This document shows, in pieces, positions 7,934-18,917 of a stretch of 26,283 nucleotides of DNA. The first letter of the stretch is position 1; every line of letters starts with the position of its first letter. Source of the stretch: a candidate division WOR-3 bacterium (GTDB taxonomy: Bacteria; Hydrothermota; Tepidihabitantia; B3-TA06); contig CBFGKC010000014.1 in the NCBI GenBank assembly GCA_965649265.1, forward strand, positions 38,095-64,377. Reading direction: 5' to 3'. The notes beneath the pieces are model-generated. The model searched no databases, was not told the origin of the DNA, and saw only the letters and a list, made by a program, of their open reading frames with translations. A program made the position numbers and the translations under genes.

Positions 7934-8737
7934 GTGAAAAAGCTAGCGTCGATAACATCGATCGTAATTTTACTTTACTTATCAGGATGTATAAAGAACG
8001 ACCCCCCCGTAATAAATAGTCTGACGACCGACCCTGCGGCCGATACGCTTGTTACCGTTGGCGACACGGTCAAAATTATCTGCAACGCCGTCGATCCAAA
8101 TGAGAATGAGATCAATTATTACTGGTCTTCGTTGGATGCAGGTAATCTTTTTGGTTCCAACTATCAGCCTGAGATTAGCTGGATTTCGCCGGATTCTAGC
8201 GGCAGCTATCGCATAGCCTGTACAGTCTGGGATCAGGACACGTCCATCAAACCGTCAGATACATTAACAATCAATGTTCAGAATTACTTCCCGATGGAAT
8301 TAAACAACAAGTGGGAGTACAAGGCTCCGGTTGGTATCGGTTTCGTTAACATGGATGTAACCGTTACCAGTAAGACCTATCCTGCGGAGGGCGGTATAAT
8401 CTGGCACCTAAAACGCGTATTCTATACCAATCCTATAGTTACCGACACCTTGTCGTATTACGAAATTAGAGGGGATTCTGTATTCTTTTACAACGAGATC
8501 AGCAAAACTAAAAGTCTTATGCTTTACCTGCCCTTGTGGCTCAACAAATCGTGGGGAACCGGGGCCGTGGACAGCATCAAGAATTTCGGTACCGATGCAG
8601 GCGCCTTTCCTAACAGCATGCACGTAACCTTTGAGGATGGCATGTGGCTTGCCCCTGACGTGGGTATCGCCAAGCAGCTCGTAATTCTAGGGGTTTACAT
8701 TTTTGAATTCAGTCTTACGGATTACGAGATCTATTAA
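7934..8737 (+). CDS. Putative lipoprotein with PKD/Ig-like N-terminal domain and beta-rich C-terminal domain
   Basis: GTG start after GGAGG. MKK-hydrophobic-LSGC lipobox, NDPPVI...AVDPN...YYW Ig-like motif, then YFPM...W...WLAPDVG. Confidence 0.75.
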   Translation: MKKLASITSIVILLYLSGCIKNDPPVINSLTTDPAADTLVTVGDTVKIICNAVDPNENEINYYWSSLDAGNLFGSNYQPEISWISPDSSGSYRIACTVWDQDTSIKPSDTLTINVQNYFPMELNNKWEYKAPVGIGFVNMDVTVTSKTYPAEGGIIWHLKRVFYTNPIVTDTLSYYEIRGDSVFFYNEISKTKSLMLYLPLWLNKSWGTGAVDSIKNFGTDAGAFPNSMHVTFEDGMWLAPDVGIAKQLVILGVYIFEFSLTDYEIY

Positions 8738-8742
8738 ATAGT

Positions 8743-9663
8743 TTAAGATTTGAAATATTCTGGAATGTATTCTTGAAGGAGCTTCTGCACCTCCTGTAGA
8801 CATTGTTTTGAATCGCTCGCATCGACCCAGTGCACTTCACCGAGAGTTCTAAAGAAGGTTTCCTGCCTTTTTGAGAAACTGCGGATTTTTGCCAAAATCA
8901 GATCCTTAGTTTCAGGAAGTGTCGCCAGTCCTTCCACATAATCAAAAAGCTCCCTGTAGCCGTAGGCGTTGAAGGCATATATATCCTTTGAAAATCCCAT
9001 CTGTCTGAGATTTCGAACTTCATCTACAAAACCCCCGGCGAGCATTTTTTCGAGCCTTTGAGCCTGTCGTTCCCAAAGGAGTTTGCGTTCGAGCTTCAAA
9101 CCTATGTAATGAGGTTTAACCGAAACCAGAGGGGCGGATTCTTTTATGAGCTCCGAATAAGGCCTGCGAGCGGCAAGGCATATCTCAAGCGCACGCAGGA
9201 TCCGCTGCCTGTCGTTGTAGTGAAGTCTCTCTGCAGTGACCGGATCCTCCGCTTTCAATTTTCTTGAAAGGGTAGCAGTGGGAAGGGTTTCGAGTTCTTC
9301 TCTTATCAACGGGTTATGGGGAAGATTTGCATGAAGAGGTTCGAATATCGCCTTGAGATAGAAGCCCGAACCGCCCACCGCAAGCGGGCGTTCAAGACTG
9401 ATCAGGAGTTCCAGGGCGTGACGCGCAAACTCGCCTGCGGATAGCTTGTGATCGGGAGGACAAATATCCAAAAGGTGATGTGGCACCCTTGAGCGCATTT
9501 CAGCAGGAGGCTTTGCGGTTCCCACATCCATCAAAAGATAGCATTGTCTGGAATCCACCGAGACTATTTCCCAGCCGTATCTCAGTGCGAGCTCAAATGC
9601 AATTTCGCTTTTTCCTATGCCGGTGGGTCCGAGAATGACGGGTATCGGTTTCTTAACGTCCAC
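8743..9663 (-). CDS. miaA: tRNA dimethylallyltransferase
   Basis: GPTGIGKS P-loop, DSRQCY, GTAKP, HHLLD, GGSGFY, KRQETFF. GTG 9663 immediately follows the mutL stop. Confidence 0.95.
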   Translation of the reverse strand: MDVKKPIPVILGPTGIGKSEIAFELALRYGWEIVSVDSRQCYLLMDVGTAKPPAEMRSRVPHHLLDICPPDHKLSAGEFARHALELLISLERPLAVGGSGFYLKAIFEPLHANLPHNPLIREELETLPTATLSRKLKAEDPVTAERLHYNDRQRILRALEICLAARRPYSELIKESAPLVSVKPHYIGLKLERKLLWERQAQRLEKMLAGGFVDEVRNLRQMGFSKDIYAFNAYGYRELFDYVEGLATLPETKDLILAKIRSFSKRQETFFRTLGEVHWVDASDSKQCLQEVQKLLQEYIPEYFKS

Positions 9664-9665
9664 GG

Positions 9666-11471
9666 TTATATTCGGCCAAAGCGCTTCGCAAGGTCGTCCA
9701 TGGTGAATTTGATTACCGTGGGTCTTCCGTGGGGACAAAAATAGGGTGTCTTACAGTGAAAGAGTCTGTTTATCAGCGATTCCATCTCGGCTTGAGAGAG
9801 CGCGCGTCCAGCCTTTACTGCCGCCTTGCATGAAATTAGCGCGGCCATCTTATCTCTGTTGCCCAGCTTTACTTCGTTTGTTGAGTTGAACTCCCTGAAA
9901 AGCTCCCTGAGATCCGGAGGACTGATTCTTGAACCTGCGGGAAGGGTCTCGACGATTATCTGGTTGGGTCCGAAAGTTTTGGCTTCAAATCCGAGTGTCG
10001 AAAGTGCCTCGGATATTTCCTCGAACGTTGCGACCTCTTCAGGTGTGAGTTCGACAATATATGGGAAAAGAAGAGGCTCTCTGGCTGCATTAGAGTTCAT
10101 CCGCTCAAGCATCTCCTCGTAGAGAATTCTCTCATGTGCCGCATGCTGATCCACTATTACGAGTCCGGAGGCTATCTGAGCAAGAATATAAGAGTTTTGA
10201 AGCTGCCAGAACCGAATTTCGGAATCGCGTGATGAGAATCGCGGTTCGCCATAATCGTTCTTTGCTGTTGCGGATGATAAGGAGGGGGAGGGGTATCCTG
10301 AGTAAGGTCCCGATGCGATACGGGAGGGAAATTCTGAGGATGGTGAGGAGGGCGAGGAGGGTGTTGAGGAGGGTTCTGAGGAGGGCTCTGAGGAGGATGC
10401 AGGCAGCTTTAACTGGCGTTTTTCTTCACCCGTCGTATACAGTTCACGCAGGTCAATATCGTTTGGCGGCAGGCTCATGGTTTCTACCGCTTGTTGATGG
10501 ATAGTCCTGCGAATGAGCTGGTTAAGGAAGTCGAAAAGAAAACGCTCGTCGCGGTATCGAACCTCGGTTTTAGCAGGATGTATGTTTGCATCAAGCAACT
10601 CCGCAGGTGAATCGATCTTGAGGATGAAAAAAGGAGGTTGTCCACCTGGCTGCGGGCCAAAGCCCTCCATTACCGAGCGGTAGACGATTCTATAAAGTAC
10701 CGGTCTTGAATTAAAGAAGATACGCTGAATACGTTCGACCTCTCTTGCCTGGTCGGGCCGCACTATCAATCCACGGACGGAAAGCCGCGTATGACTTTCC
10801 TCAAAAGGAATAAGCTCGGCCGCAGAAAGCGAGGGGTAGACATCCCTTACTCTATCAACCCAGTCAGCTGCGGGTTGGTAGGTCAAAAGAATCTTACTGC
10901 CGGTTCGTACTTCGAATCTTATTCTGTGAAAGCATAATGCGTAATTGCGAACAACCTCGAGGACTAATCGACGTTCATAGGGTTCGCTCTTAAGAAAAGC
11001 CTTGCGTGCAGGAAGATTAAAGAAGAGATGTGAGATGCTGACCGTGGTTCCGGGAGTTCGCACTATCTCCTTGCGTTCAAGAATCTGACCGGCTTTAACC
11101 TTCAACATGACTCCCGTCGCTGCGGACCTTTCCTGAGTCTCTATTGTGATCTCGCTGACCTCGGCCATCGACCCGAGCGCCTCGCCGCGAAAGCCGAAAG
11201 AACGTATTCGATCGAGATCATCAACAGTTTCAAGTTTACTCGTAGCGAATCGCCGAACGGAAAGTTCCACCTCGGGTGCAGGTATTCCAATGCCGTCGTC
11301 GGTGACTTTTACCAGTTCTTTTCCGCCGTCTTCCAGAAAAACTTCGATTCTCGTAGCTCCTGCATCTATGGAGTTTTCGATAAGTTCCTTGACAACCGAC
11401 GACGGTCTTTGAATTACTTCGCCTGCTGCAATCTTTGCCGCGGTTTCTGGCCGGAGAATATGGATGCTCAC
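9666..11471 (-). CDS. mutL: DNA mismatch repair endonuclease MutL
   Basis: IAAGEVI..P.SVVKELIENSIDAG, GFRGEAL, DQHAAHERILYE, SCK and CPHGRP endonuclease motifs. Confidence 0.98.
   Translation of the reverse strand: MSIHILRPETAAKIAAGEVIQRPSSVVKELIENSIDAGATRIEVFLEDGGKELVKVTDDGIGIPAPEVELSVRRFATSKLETVDDLDRIRSFGFRGEALGSMAEVSEITIETQERSAATGVMLKVKAGQILERKEIVRTPGTTVSISHLFFNLPARKAFLKSEPYERRLVLEVVRNYALCFHRIRFEVRTGSKILLTYQPAADWVDRVRDVYPSLSAAELIPFEESHTRLSVRGLIVRPDQAREVERIQRIFFNSRPVLYRIVYRSVMEGFGPQPGGQPPFFILKIDSPAELLDANIHPAKTEVRYRDERFLFDFLNQLIRRTIHQQAVETMSLPPNDIDLRELYTTGEEKRQLKLPASSSEPSSEPSSTPSSPSSPSSEFPSRIASGPYSGYPSPSLSSATAKNDYGEPRFSSRDSEIRFWQLQNSYILAQIASGLVIVDQHAAHERILYEEMLERMNSNAAREPLLFPYIVELTPEEVATFEEISEALSTLGFEAKTFGPNQIIVETLPAGSRISPPDLRELFREFNSTNEVKLGNRDKMAALISCKAAVKAGRALSQAEMESLINRLFHCKTPYFCPHGRPTVIKFTMDDLAKRFGRI
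10333..10397 (-). repeat. 9-12-bp coding tandem repeats in the MutL linker
   Basis: GAGGAGGG-based units encoding SSSEPSSEPSSTPSSPSSPSSE. Confidence 0.75.
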
Positions 11472-11477
11472 CAGGCA

Positions 11478-11505
11478 ATTCTAGGGGATATACTCCAAGT
11501 GTCAA
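11478..11505 (-). promoter_or_regulatory. mutL-miaA promoter (leaderless geometry)
   Basis: TTGACA-16-TAGAAT-6 nt-GTG start. Confidence 0.75.
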
Positions 11506-11618
11506 GAAAACCTTTCTTGTGTTGATATCTTTTGAATGGGATTTTCCTATAAGATTTCCACTTTCCAGGCTAATTTCTAAAACTGTAACTATTCTTCTGA
11601 GATAACAAAGAATCTTCC

Positions 11619-11646
11619 TTGACTTTTAATGATTGGTTCTTAAAAT
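11619..11646 (+). promoter_or_regulatory. Promoter of the PASTA gene (leaderless geometry)
   Basis: TTGACT-16-TAAAAT-7 nt-ATG 11654. Confidence 0.75.
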
Positions 11647-11653
11647 TGAAGCT

Positions 11654-12601
11654 ATGAAAAGCATTAGTAATTTTTTTGTTTTATCCAGTCTCGCATTTTT
11701 GAGTGCAAGTACGCTAAATGCAGCAATTATGCCCGATCTTAAAGGCTTGACTCCGGATTCGGTGAAAGCGCTTTTTGCCAGCGATACTAACATAAAGATT
11801 GTAGTAATGTCGGAAGCTGTTTACTCGGACAGCCTTTTACAGGGTACGGTAGCGTGGCAAAAACCTTTACCTGATAGTTTTGCAGTGGTAGACACCGTCA
11901 AGATAAAAGTCGCAGCACCTTTGACCGTTAAGGTCCCCGACCTGCTGGGCAAGAATCTCTATGAAGCTGATTCTTTGTTGAAATCCCTCGATTTGATACT
12001 ATTTCCTGCCGGAGAAGAAGAAAGTGAAAAATATCCTGCGGGTACAATTGTATCTTCAGGACCTTCGCGAGATTCATTAATACAGCGCAAGGGTACTGTT
12101 TACGTCAAGGTTTCTGTCGGTGTCCCGAATTATACATATACTACTACTTCAACCGGTACGAAAATCAATCTATATGAAGATCCGGCTTTCAAAATAACGT
12201 CGGTATCTCTTGCTTCTTCGGACTCGCTTGGTTTCGTTCTTTCTTTTAATATCCAGGTAACGAATCCCTACAAGCATTCGTTCACGGCGGAGTCCTTCAA
12301 TTACTTCTTTATGCTTGACGATGTTCGTTTTGCCAAGGGTGCATCCAAAACGACAATCAAACTGTCGGCGGGAGCCACCTCAACAGGTAAGATTCTCATT
12401 CCCCTTACATACGCTTCTATTAAGCCATCAATGGCAAAACTTTTACTCGAAAAAGGGAGATACAAGCTGTATGGAACCTTTTCCCTGGTTGTAGAATCAG
12501 GCTTTTCACAAAAGGATTTTGACGCGAGAGGCGAATTTCAACCGTTCCTCAACTCGTCCCCGGTTAAGACCAGGCTTGAGGAGATAGCAGCCTCAAAATA
12601 A
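11654..12601 (+). CDS. Exported protein with two PASTA domains and a LEA_2/WHy-like domain
   Basis: Signal peptide ending LNA. MPDLKG and VPDLLGK PASTA starts with GTV..Q.P / GTIVS..P, then VTNPY...F.Y...LDD..FAKG LEA_2-like motif. Confidence 0.75.
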   Translation: MKSISNFFVLSSLAFLSASTLNAAIMPDLKGLTPDSVKALFASDTNIKIVVMSEAVYSDSLLQGTVAWQKPLPDSFAVVDTVKIKVAAPLTVKVPDLLGKNLYEADSLLKSLDLILFPAGEEESEKYPAGTIVSSGPSRDSLIQRKGTVYVKVSVGVPNYTYTTTSTGTKINLYEDPAFKITSVSLASSDSLGFVLSFNIQVTNPYKHSFTAESFNYFFMLDDVRFAKGASKTTIKLSAGATSTGKILIPLTYASIKPSMAKLLLEKGRYKLYGTFSLVVESGFSQKDFDARGEFQPFLNSSPVKTRLEEIAASK

Positions 12602-12624
12602 CTTCAAGGACATCTGCGAACTCG

Positions 12625-12652
12625 TTGACTTTACACAAGAGGGATATAGTAT
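12625..12652 (+). promoter_or_regulatory. queA-tgt promoter (leaderless geometry)
   Basis: TTGACT-16-TAGTAT-5 nt-ATG 12658. Confidence 0.65.
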
Positions 12653-12657
12653 TCCCG

Positions 12658-14930
<2,273 letters not shown>

Positions 14931-14978
14931 AAATTTCCACAAACTAATCATGAAGAACTCTAAAAGAGAATTCCCGTT

Positions 14979-16214
14979 ATGAAAAAATGGATTGAAAGCT
15001 GGGCGGTCAATCCTTCAAGGGATCCTAGGCCGGCAATAATCAACCTTCTGACCTCCACTGGAATGATGGTTCTTTTTATAGAGGTTCAGGTGCTCGTTAA
15101 AAACGAGACCGGGAGCAATTTTCAGGTCGGACTCGTTTCATCGAGTTACTATCTTTTCTCATTCCTTGCGGGGATTGTATTCGGCAGACTGGGCGATTTC
15201 GTTCGCCGCAGGGCCATCATTTTTGCAGGATGCATGATTGGTGGAGCGGGGGCTCTTACTATAGCGCTTGCGCCCTGGGATTACTCGCTCGTCTTTCTTG
15301 GCCGCGCACTTACTGGTGTAGGTATGGGCATGCTTCCGGGCGCGCTTTACGCGACCGCTCACGAACGAAAGGGGTCTATAGGCATTCTTACCGCACTCGG
15401 TTCGCTCGGATGGACAATTGGTTCAGGCATTGCAGCACTCTCAGCCTCAGGACCGGCAGGCTTCTTCATCACGGCCGCAACCTTTATCGTTCCCGCTCTC
15501 TTTGCGTCGAGCTTCAAGGAGAAGCCTGAACGGCCCCGGACAAAATTTTTAGAATTCAAGGTCATCGAGAGGCACTGGCCGATATTCCTGGGTTTCTTCC
15601 TGCGTCACGCCGGTGCCATGGCAATCTGGGTTACATTTACGCTTTTCCTGAAGTCCGCAGGCTACTCGCCATTCCAGATAGGTCTTTTTTACGCCGTGAA
15701 CTCGTTCGGCCAGGTTCTCTTTATGTTGTTCATAGATCGAATGAAACCGAGATTAACCATTCCACTCGGTTATCTTTTTTCCGTCTTGGTCTTTGCCGCT
15801 TATGTGTTCGTCGCCCCTCACAAGAGTCTCTGGTTGATGATAATTATACAGATTGCCCTTGCCTTTTCATGGTCAACGCTTTACCTGGGCTCGCTTCTCT
15901 ATCTCATGAATTCGTGCTCGGAGGAACGTTCGACCACATCCGGCGCATTCAACGCTGTATCCGGACTCTGCGGGATTGCGGGTGCCCTTCTGGGTGGATG
16001 GCTCGCGACACTGCACTTGAACTTTAAACTCGCGAAACATGCGTTCTCGTGGAACTACGAACTCTCCATGGTTGCGGCCGTTATACTGACTATTGTCGGT
16101 TTCCTTTTCGTATTGTTAGGGGAGCGTAGATTATTTGCTAATAACGCCGCGAGCACACCTGAGAGCGTGACTAGCTGTGAGCAAGTGATTCGTCTACGGC
16201 GCCTGAAACCTTAA
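14979..16214 (+). CDS. Major facilitator superfamily transporter
   Basis: About 12 hydrophobic segments; motif A-like GRLGDFVRRR and GRALTGVG. Confidence 0.9.
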   Translation: MKKWIESWAVNPSRDPRPAIINLLTSTGMMVLFIEVQVLVKNETGSNFQVGLVSSSYYLFSFLAGIVFGRLGDFVRRRAIIFAGCMIGGAGALTIALAPWDYSLVFLGRALTGVGMGMLPGALYATAHERKGSIGILTALGSLGWTIGSGIAALSASGPAGFFITAATFIVPALFASSFKEKPERPRTKFLEFKVIERHWPIFLGFFLRHAGAMAIWVTFTLFLKSAGYSPFQIGLFYAVNSFGQVLFMLFIDRMKPRLTIPLGYLFSVLVFAAYVFVAPHKSLWLMIIIQIALAFSWSTLYLGSLLYLMNSCSEERSTTSGAFNAVSGLCGIAGALLGGWLATLHLNFKLAKHAFSWNYELSMVAAVILTIVGFLFVLLGERRLFANNAASTPESVTSCEQVIRLRRLKP

Positions 16215-16695
16215 GAAAGAGAAACCCGAGAAAAAGCGCAAGCCCTGCTCCTGCAAGTGAACCCGTGATGAATCTCAAAAGATTAGTGCTCTCCCATTTC
16301 GTGAAGAGTTGAACGAATCCGTCGGTGACAAGGGGGGAGAGGGCGGATACGAAAACAGGGAGAACAAATCTAGTGAACTTTTTTGAGGCAAGCCAATATC
16401 TGATCCTCCTCAAAAAGAGCAAAGATCCGGATGCTACAAGGAGGAGATAGGTCGAGAAACATCGCACGCAGACACCGAGCTTTTCACCGCAAAGGAACCA
16501 CGATCGCGATGGAAGTTGATGGCAAGAGAGATGATAGAATCCGTAAAGAAATCGCGCAATACCTTGAGCGCCATAGCGGTCTAAAAAAGGTGCAAGGATA
16601 ACTCCCGCAAGGAAGACTGTCAGGAGGCCGATGAATATGCCCCATCCTGAAATAAAGACTCTATCCTCTATAAAGTGCACGTTACGATTCGTCAT
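16171..16695 (-). CDS. DUF2085-family membrane protein
   Basis: CHQLPSRS, CVRC, DG..Q, ESTN.LRFITG motifs. Confidence 0.85.
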   Translation of the reverse strand: MTNRNVHFIEDRVFISGWGIFIGLLTVFLAGVILAPFLDRYGAQGIARFLYGFYHLSCHQLPSRSWFLCGEKLGVCVRCFSTYLLLVASGSLLFLRRIRYWLASKKFTRFVLPVFVSALSPLVTDGFVQLFTKWESTNLLRFITGSLAGAGLALFLGFLFLKVSGAVDESLAHS

Positions 16696-16701
16696 CTTTG
16701 A

Positions 16702-16729
16702 ATTCTGGAGTTGATTTCGATTATGTCAA
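16702..16729 (-). promoter_or_regulatory. Promoter of the DUF2085 gene (leaderless geometry)
   Basis: TTGACA-16-CAGAAT-6 nt-ATG. Confidence 0.65.
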
Positions 16730-17062
16730 CGCCGCTTTCCTCAGATATACATGGTAGCTTTTTCTTTTTTGCGAATTATCACTTGTTAAACATGTATGGT
16801 TTGGATTATTTCTTACCGCTTGAAATCCATCGAAGGGAGGGCACAAGTTTTGCCCCTTCCCGTGCTGATCTTCCTATCAGATCAGAAATCTTGGCATTTA
16901 GCATATTGACATCATCCTTCTCTTGGTAAGATAGTTTCATTGAGCCATTCGATCGAATGGAGTTTATCTAGTATCGACAGGTGTATCTGGTTTTCTCGAG
17001 CAAGAATCAACTTCGCGTTGACAAGTATTCAGGATTTTGGTAGTTAGTATCATTGACAATAG

Positions 17063-17090
17063 TTGACAAGTAATTGGTATTGAATAGAAT
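17063..17090 (+). promoter_or_regulatory. sigma70-type promoter
   Basis: TTGACA-16-TAGAAT, then SD AAGGAGG before ATG 17130. Confidence 0.75.
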
Positions 17091-17129
17091 CAAACCAATT
17101 AAAAACCTTAAATCAAAGGAGGCGTAGAA

Positions 17130-17549
17130 ATGGCCTTTCCAAGTGCGACAGAAGAACAGATCAAAGAAGGCAAGTCGATTGCATGGCTTTCCTACCTTGG
17201 AATCTTTTTTCTTATCCCTTTGCTTTCACACAAGGATAACCCCTACAGTAAGTATCACGCCCGCCAGGGCATGGTTCTCTTCTTCCTGGAGATAGCACTC
17301 AGCATTCTTTGGGCAATTCTCGGAGCAATAGCCAGCGCTATCGCATTTGCAAGCTATTCAGCAAGCGGAATTGGTGGCGGTTTTATTTGCGGAACCATAC
17401 TTTCTATCGTAATGGGATTACTTTGGGTAGTCCTCGGCGTTTTCGCCATTATAGGAATTATTCAGTCTGCATCCGGCAAATTCTGGAAAATGCCTATCAT
17501 TGGTGGTATTGCCGAAAGCTGGTTCAAAGGAATGGTTCCTGAAGCCTAA
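17130..17549 (+). CDS. DUF4870/Tic20-like membrane protein
   Basis: A.LSYL...IPLL...N.Y.KYHA.QG and GII.A..G....P.IG motifs; about three TM segments. Confidence 0.85.
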   Translation: MAFPSATEEQIKEGKSIAWLSYLGIFFLIPLLSHKDNPYSKYHARQGMVLFFLEIALSILWAILGAIASAIAFASYSASGIGGGFICGTILSIVMGLLWVVLGVFAIIGIIQSASGKFWKMPIIGGIAESWFKGMVPEA

Positions 17550-17571
17550 TCACCAAATCAATAAAGGAATT

Positions 17572-17603
17572 TTAAAGCCCCGGGAAACCGGGGCTTTAAT
17601 TTT
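17572..17603 (+). terminator. Intrinsic terminator
   Basis: TTAAAGCCCCGG-GAAA-CCGGGGCTTTAA followed by TTTT. Confidence 0.85.
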
Positions 17604-17606
17604 AAA

Positions 17607-17641
17607 CCCCAAAAAGTTACCGAGTAACTTTTTGGGGACCC
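17607..17641 (+). repeat. REP-like hairpin, copy 3
   Basis: CCCCAAAAAGTTAC-CGA-GTAACTTTTTGGGG-ACCC, 14/14 pairs. Confidence 0.75.
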
Positions 17642-17699
17642 GCTTACGTCCGTAGCTGAAAAATTTTTTTAGGAATCCATGCCTATTGAAAAGGCCATC

Positions 17700-17727
17700 T
17701 TGACAAAAGAAAACAAATAGATACAAT
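17700..17727 (+). promoter_or_regulatory. sigma70-type promoter
   Basis: TTGACA-16-TACAAT. Confidence 0.75.
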
Positions 17728-17781
17728 CATAAATGAAGGTGAAACTGAGAAAGGATCTGATTGATTGATCAAGGAGGAAAT

Positions 17782-18240
17782 GTGAAGAATAACGTTTTTC
17801 CTGAAGCTTCTGAAGAGCAGATTGCCGAGGGACGGAAACTTACCAGGTTGGCTTATGCAGGAGTAATAGCGATAGTATTGCCTTTTCTTTTTTTGTTACA
17901 ATGCTAATCCATAAAAGTAATCCTTTTTCTCGCTTTCATGCCCGAAAGGGTCTGGCTTTTTTTATATTTGAGATGATGCTTTTTTTGGGTTTCGGAATAA
18001 TATGGTTTATCCTGAAGTTGGTTTATGCTTTCGGCGTCGCATTCGTCAGAGGCGTCTATAGGTATTGTTTATGTTTCTTTCACAGCTGTTTTTTGGAATC
18101 TTGTTGTTGGAGTTGGAATATTCTTTGAAGTTCTTGCTATCATCGGAATCGTTAAATCGAGCCAGGGAAGATTTGTTCGCTTACCTATTGTGAGTCATAT
18201 AGCGGAAAATTGGTTCAAGAGGATGGTTCCTGAATCTTAA
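17782..18240 (+). pseudogene. Doubly frameshifted paralog of the 17130 DUF4870-like gene
   Basis: SD AAGGAGG plus GTG gives FPEASEEQIAEG (cf. FPSATEEQIKEG), with a stop at 17905-17907. Homology continues in another frame (HKSNPFSRFHARKG) and returns to the original frame (AIIGIVKS..G...LPI...IAENWFKRMVPES). Confidence 0.85.
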
Positions 18241-18389
18241 TCACCGTTCTGTTCATTGAGGTTGAACTATACAATGGGGGGGGAGGCTTGTTTTGATAAG
18301 AGTTCACCGTATAAGACGAAAGAAAGCTCTTCCTAAATCGAAATTTGGTAAATTAGGAAATCTTCAGCGATTTTTCGAAACCTAAGGGA

Positions 18390-18417
18390 TTGACAATTCG
18401 TCATTAACTGATAAACT
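18390..18417 (+). promoter_or_regulatory. sigma70-type promoter
   Basis: TTGACA-16-TAAACT, SD AAGGGAG before GTG 18446. Confidence 0.75.
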
Positions 18418-18445
18418 GAATCAACATACACCAAGGAGGAAGATA

Positions 18446-18826
18446 GTGTATTGCAGATACTGTGGAGCCGAGATTGCCGATAAGGCTGAAATTTGCGTTA
18501 AATGCGGCGTAAAGCCCATGAATGCGGAAAACTACTGCTGGAGCTGCGGGACTAAGACATCGGAAAACCAGGAACTTTGCATCAAATGTGGAGCTACCCT
18601 CAGGAAGAAATATGAACCCGAGAAGAAAGATTGGCTGGTAACCCTGCTTTTAGCCATATTCCTGGGGTCCCTGGGGGTTCACCGTTTCTACACCGGTCAC
18701 ATTGCCACCGGTATCGTAATGCTTCTGACTGCCGGAGGCTGCGGAATATGGTGGTTTATAGACATAATCCTCATTGCGACCAACAGTTTTAAAGATGGAG
18801 ACGGCAGAGAGCTCGCCAAGAGCTAA
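18446..18826 (+). CDS. Double zinc-ribbon plus TM2 domain protein
   Basis: Four CxxC(G) motifs, then LAIFLG.LG.HRFY.G...G...L.T.GG.GIW..ID. Confidence 0.9.
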   Translation: MYCRYCGAEIADKAEICVKCGVKPMNAENYCWSCGTKTSENQELCIKCGATLRKKYEPEKKDWLVTLLLAIFLGSLGVHRFYTGHIATGIVMLLTAGGCGIWWFIDIILIATNSFKDGDGRELAKS

Positions 18827-18911
18827 CCCGTAACACCCGTACCCCTTCGGGGCATTTCCATCAGCAGCTTTAGATCAGAGGAAATAACACCCGCAACGCT
18901 CGTAACGCACC
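18827..18911 (+). repeat. Composite intergenic element of the CCCGTAAC family
   Basis: CCCGTAACA units flank GGGCATTTCCATCA...ATCA.AGGAAATAACAC, shared with 24402-24490. Confidence 0.8.
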
Positions 18912-18917
18912 AATAAG

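Noticed and set aside
9664-9738. 25-aa N-terminal extension of MiaA overlapping mutL
   Set aside because: GTG at 9663 just after the mutL stop gives a normal MiaA N-terminus.
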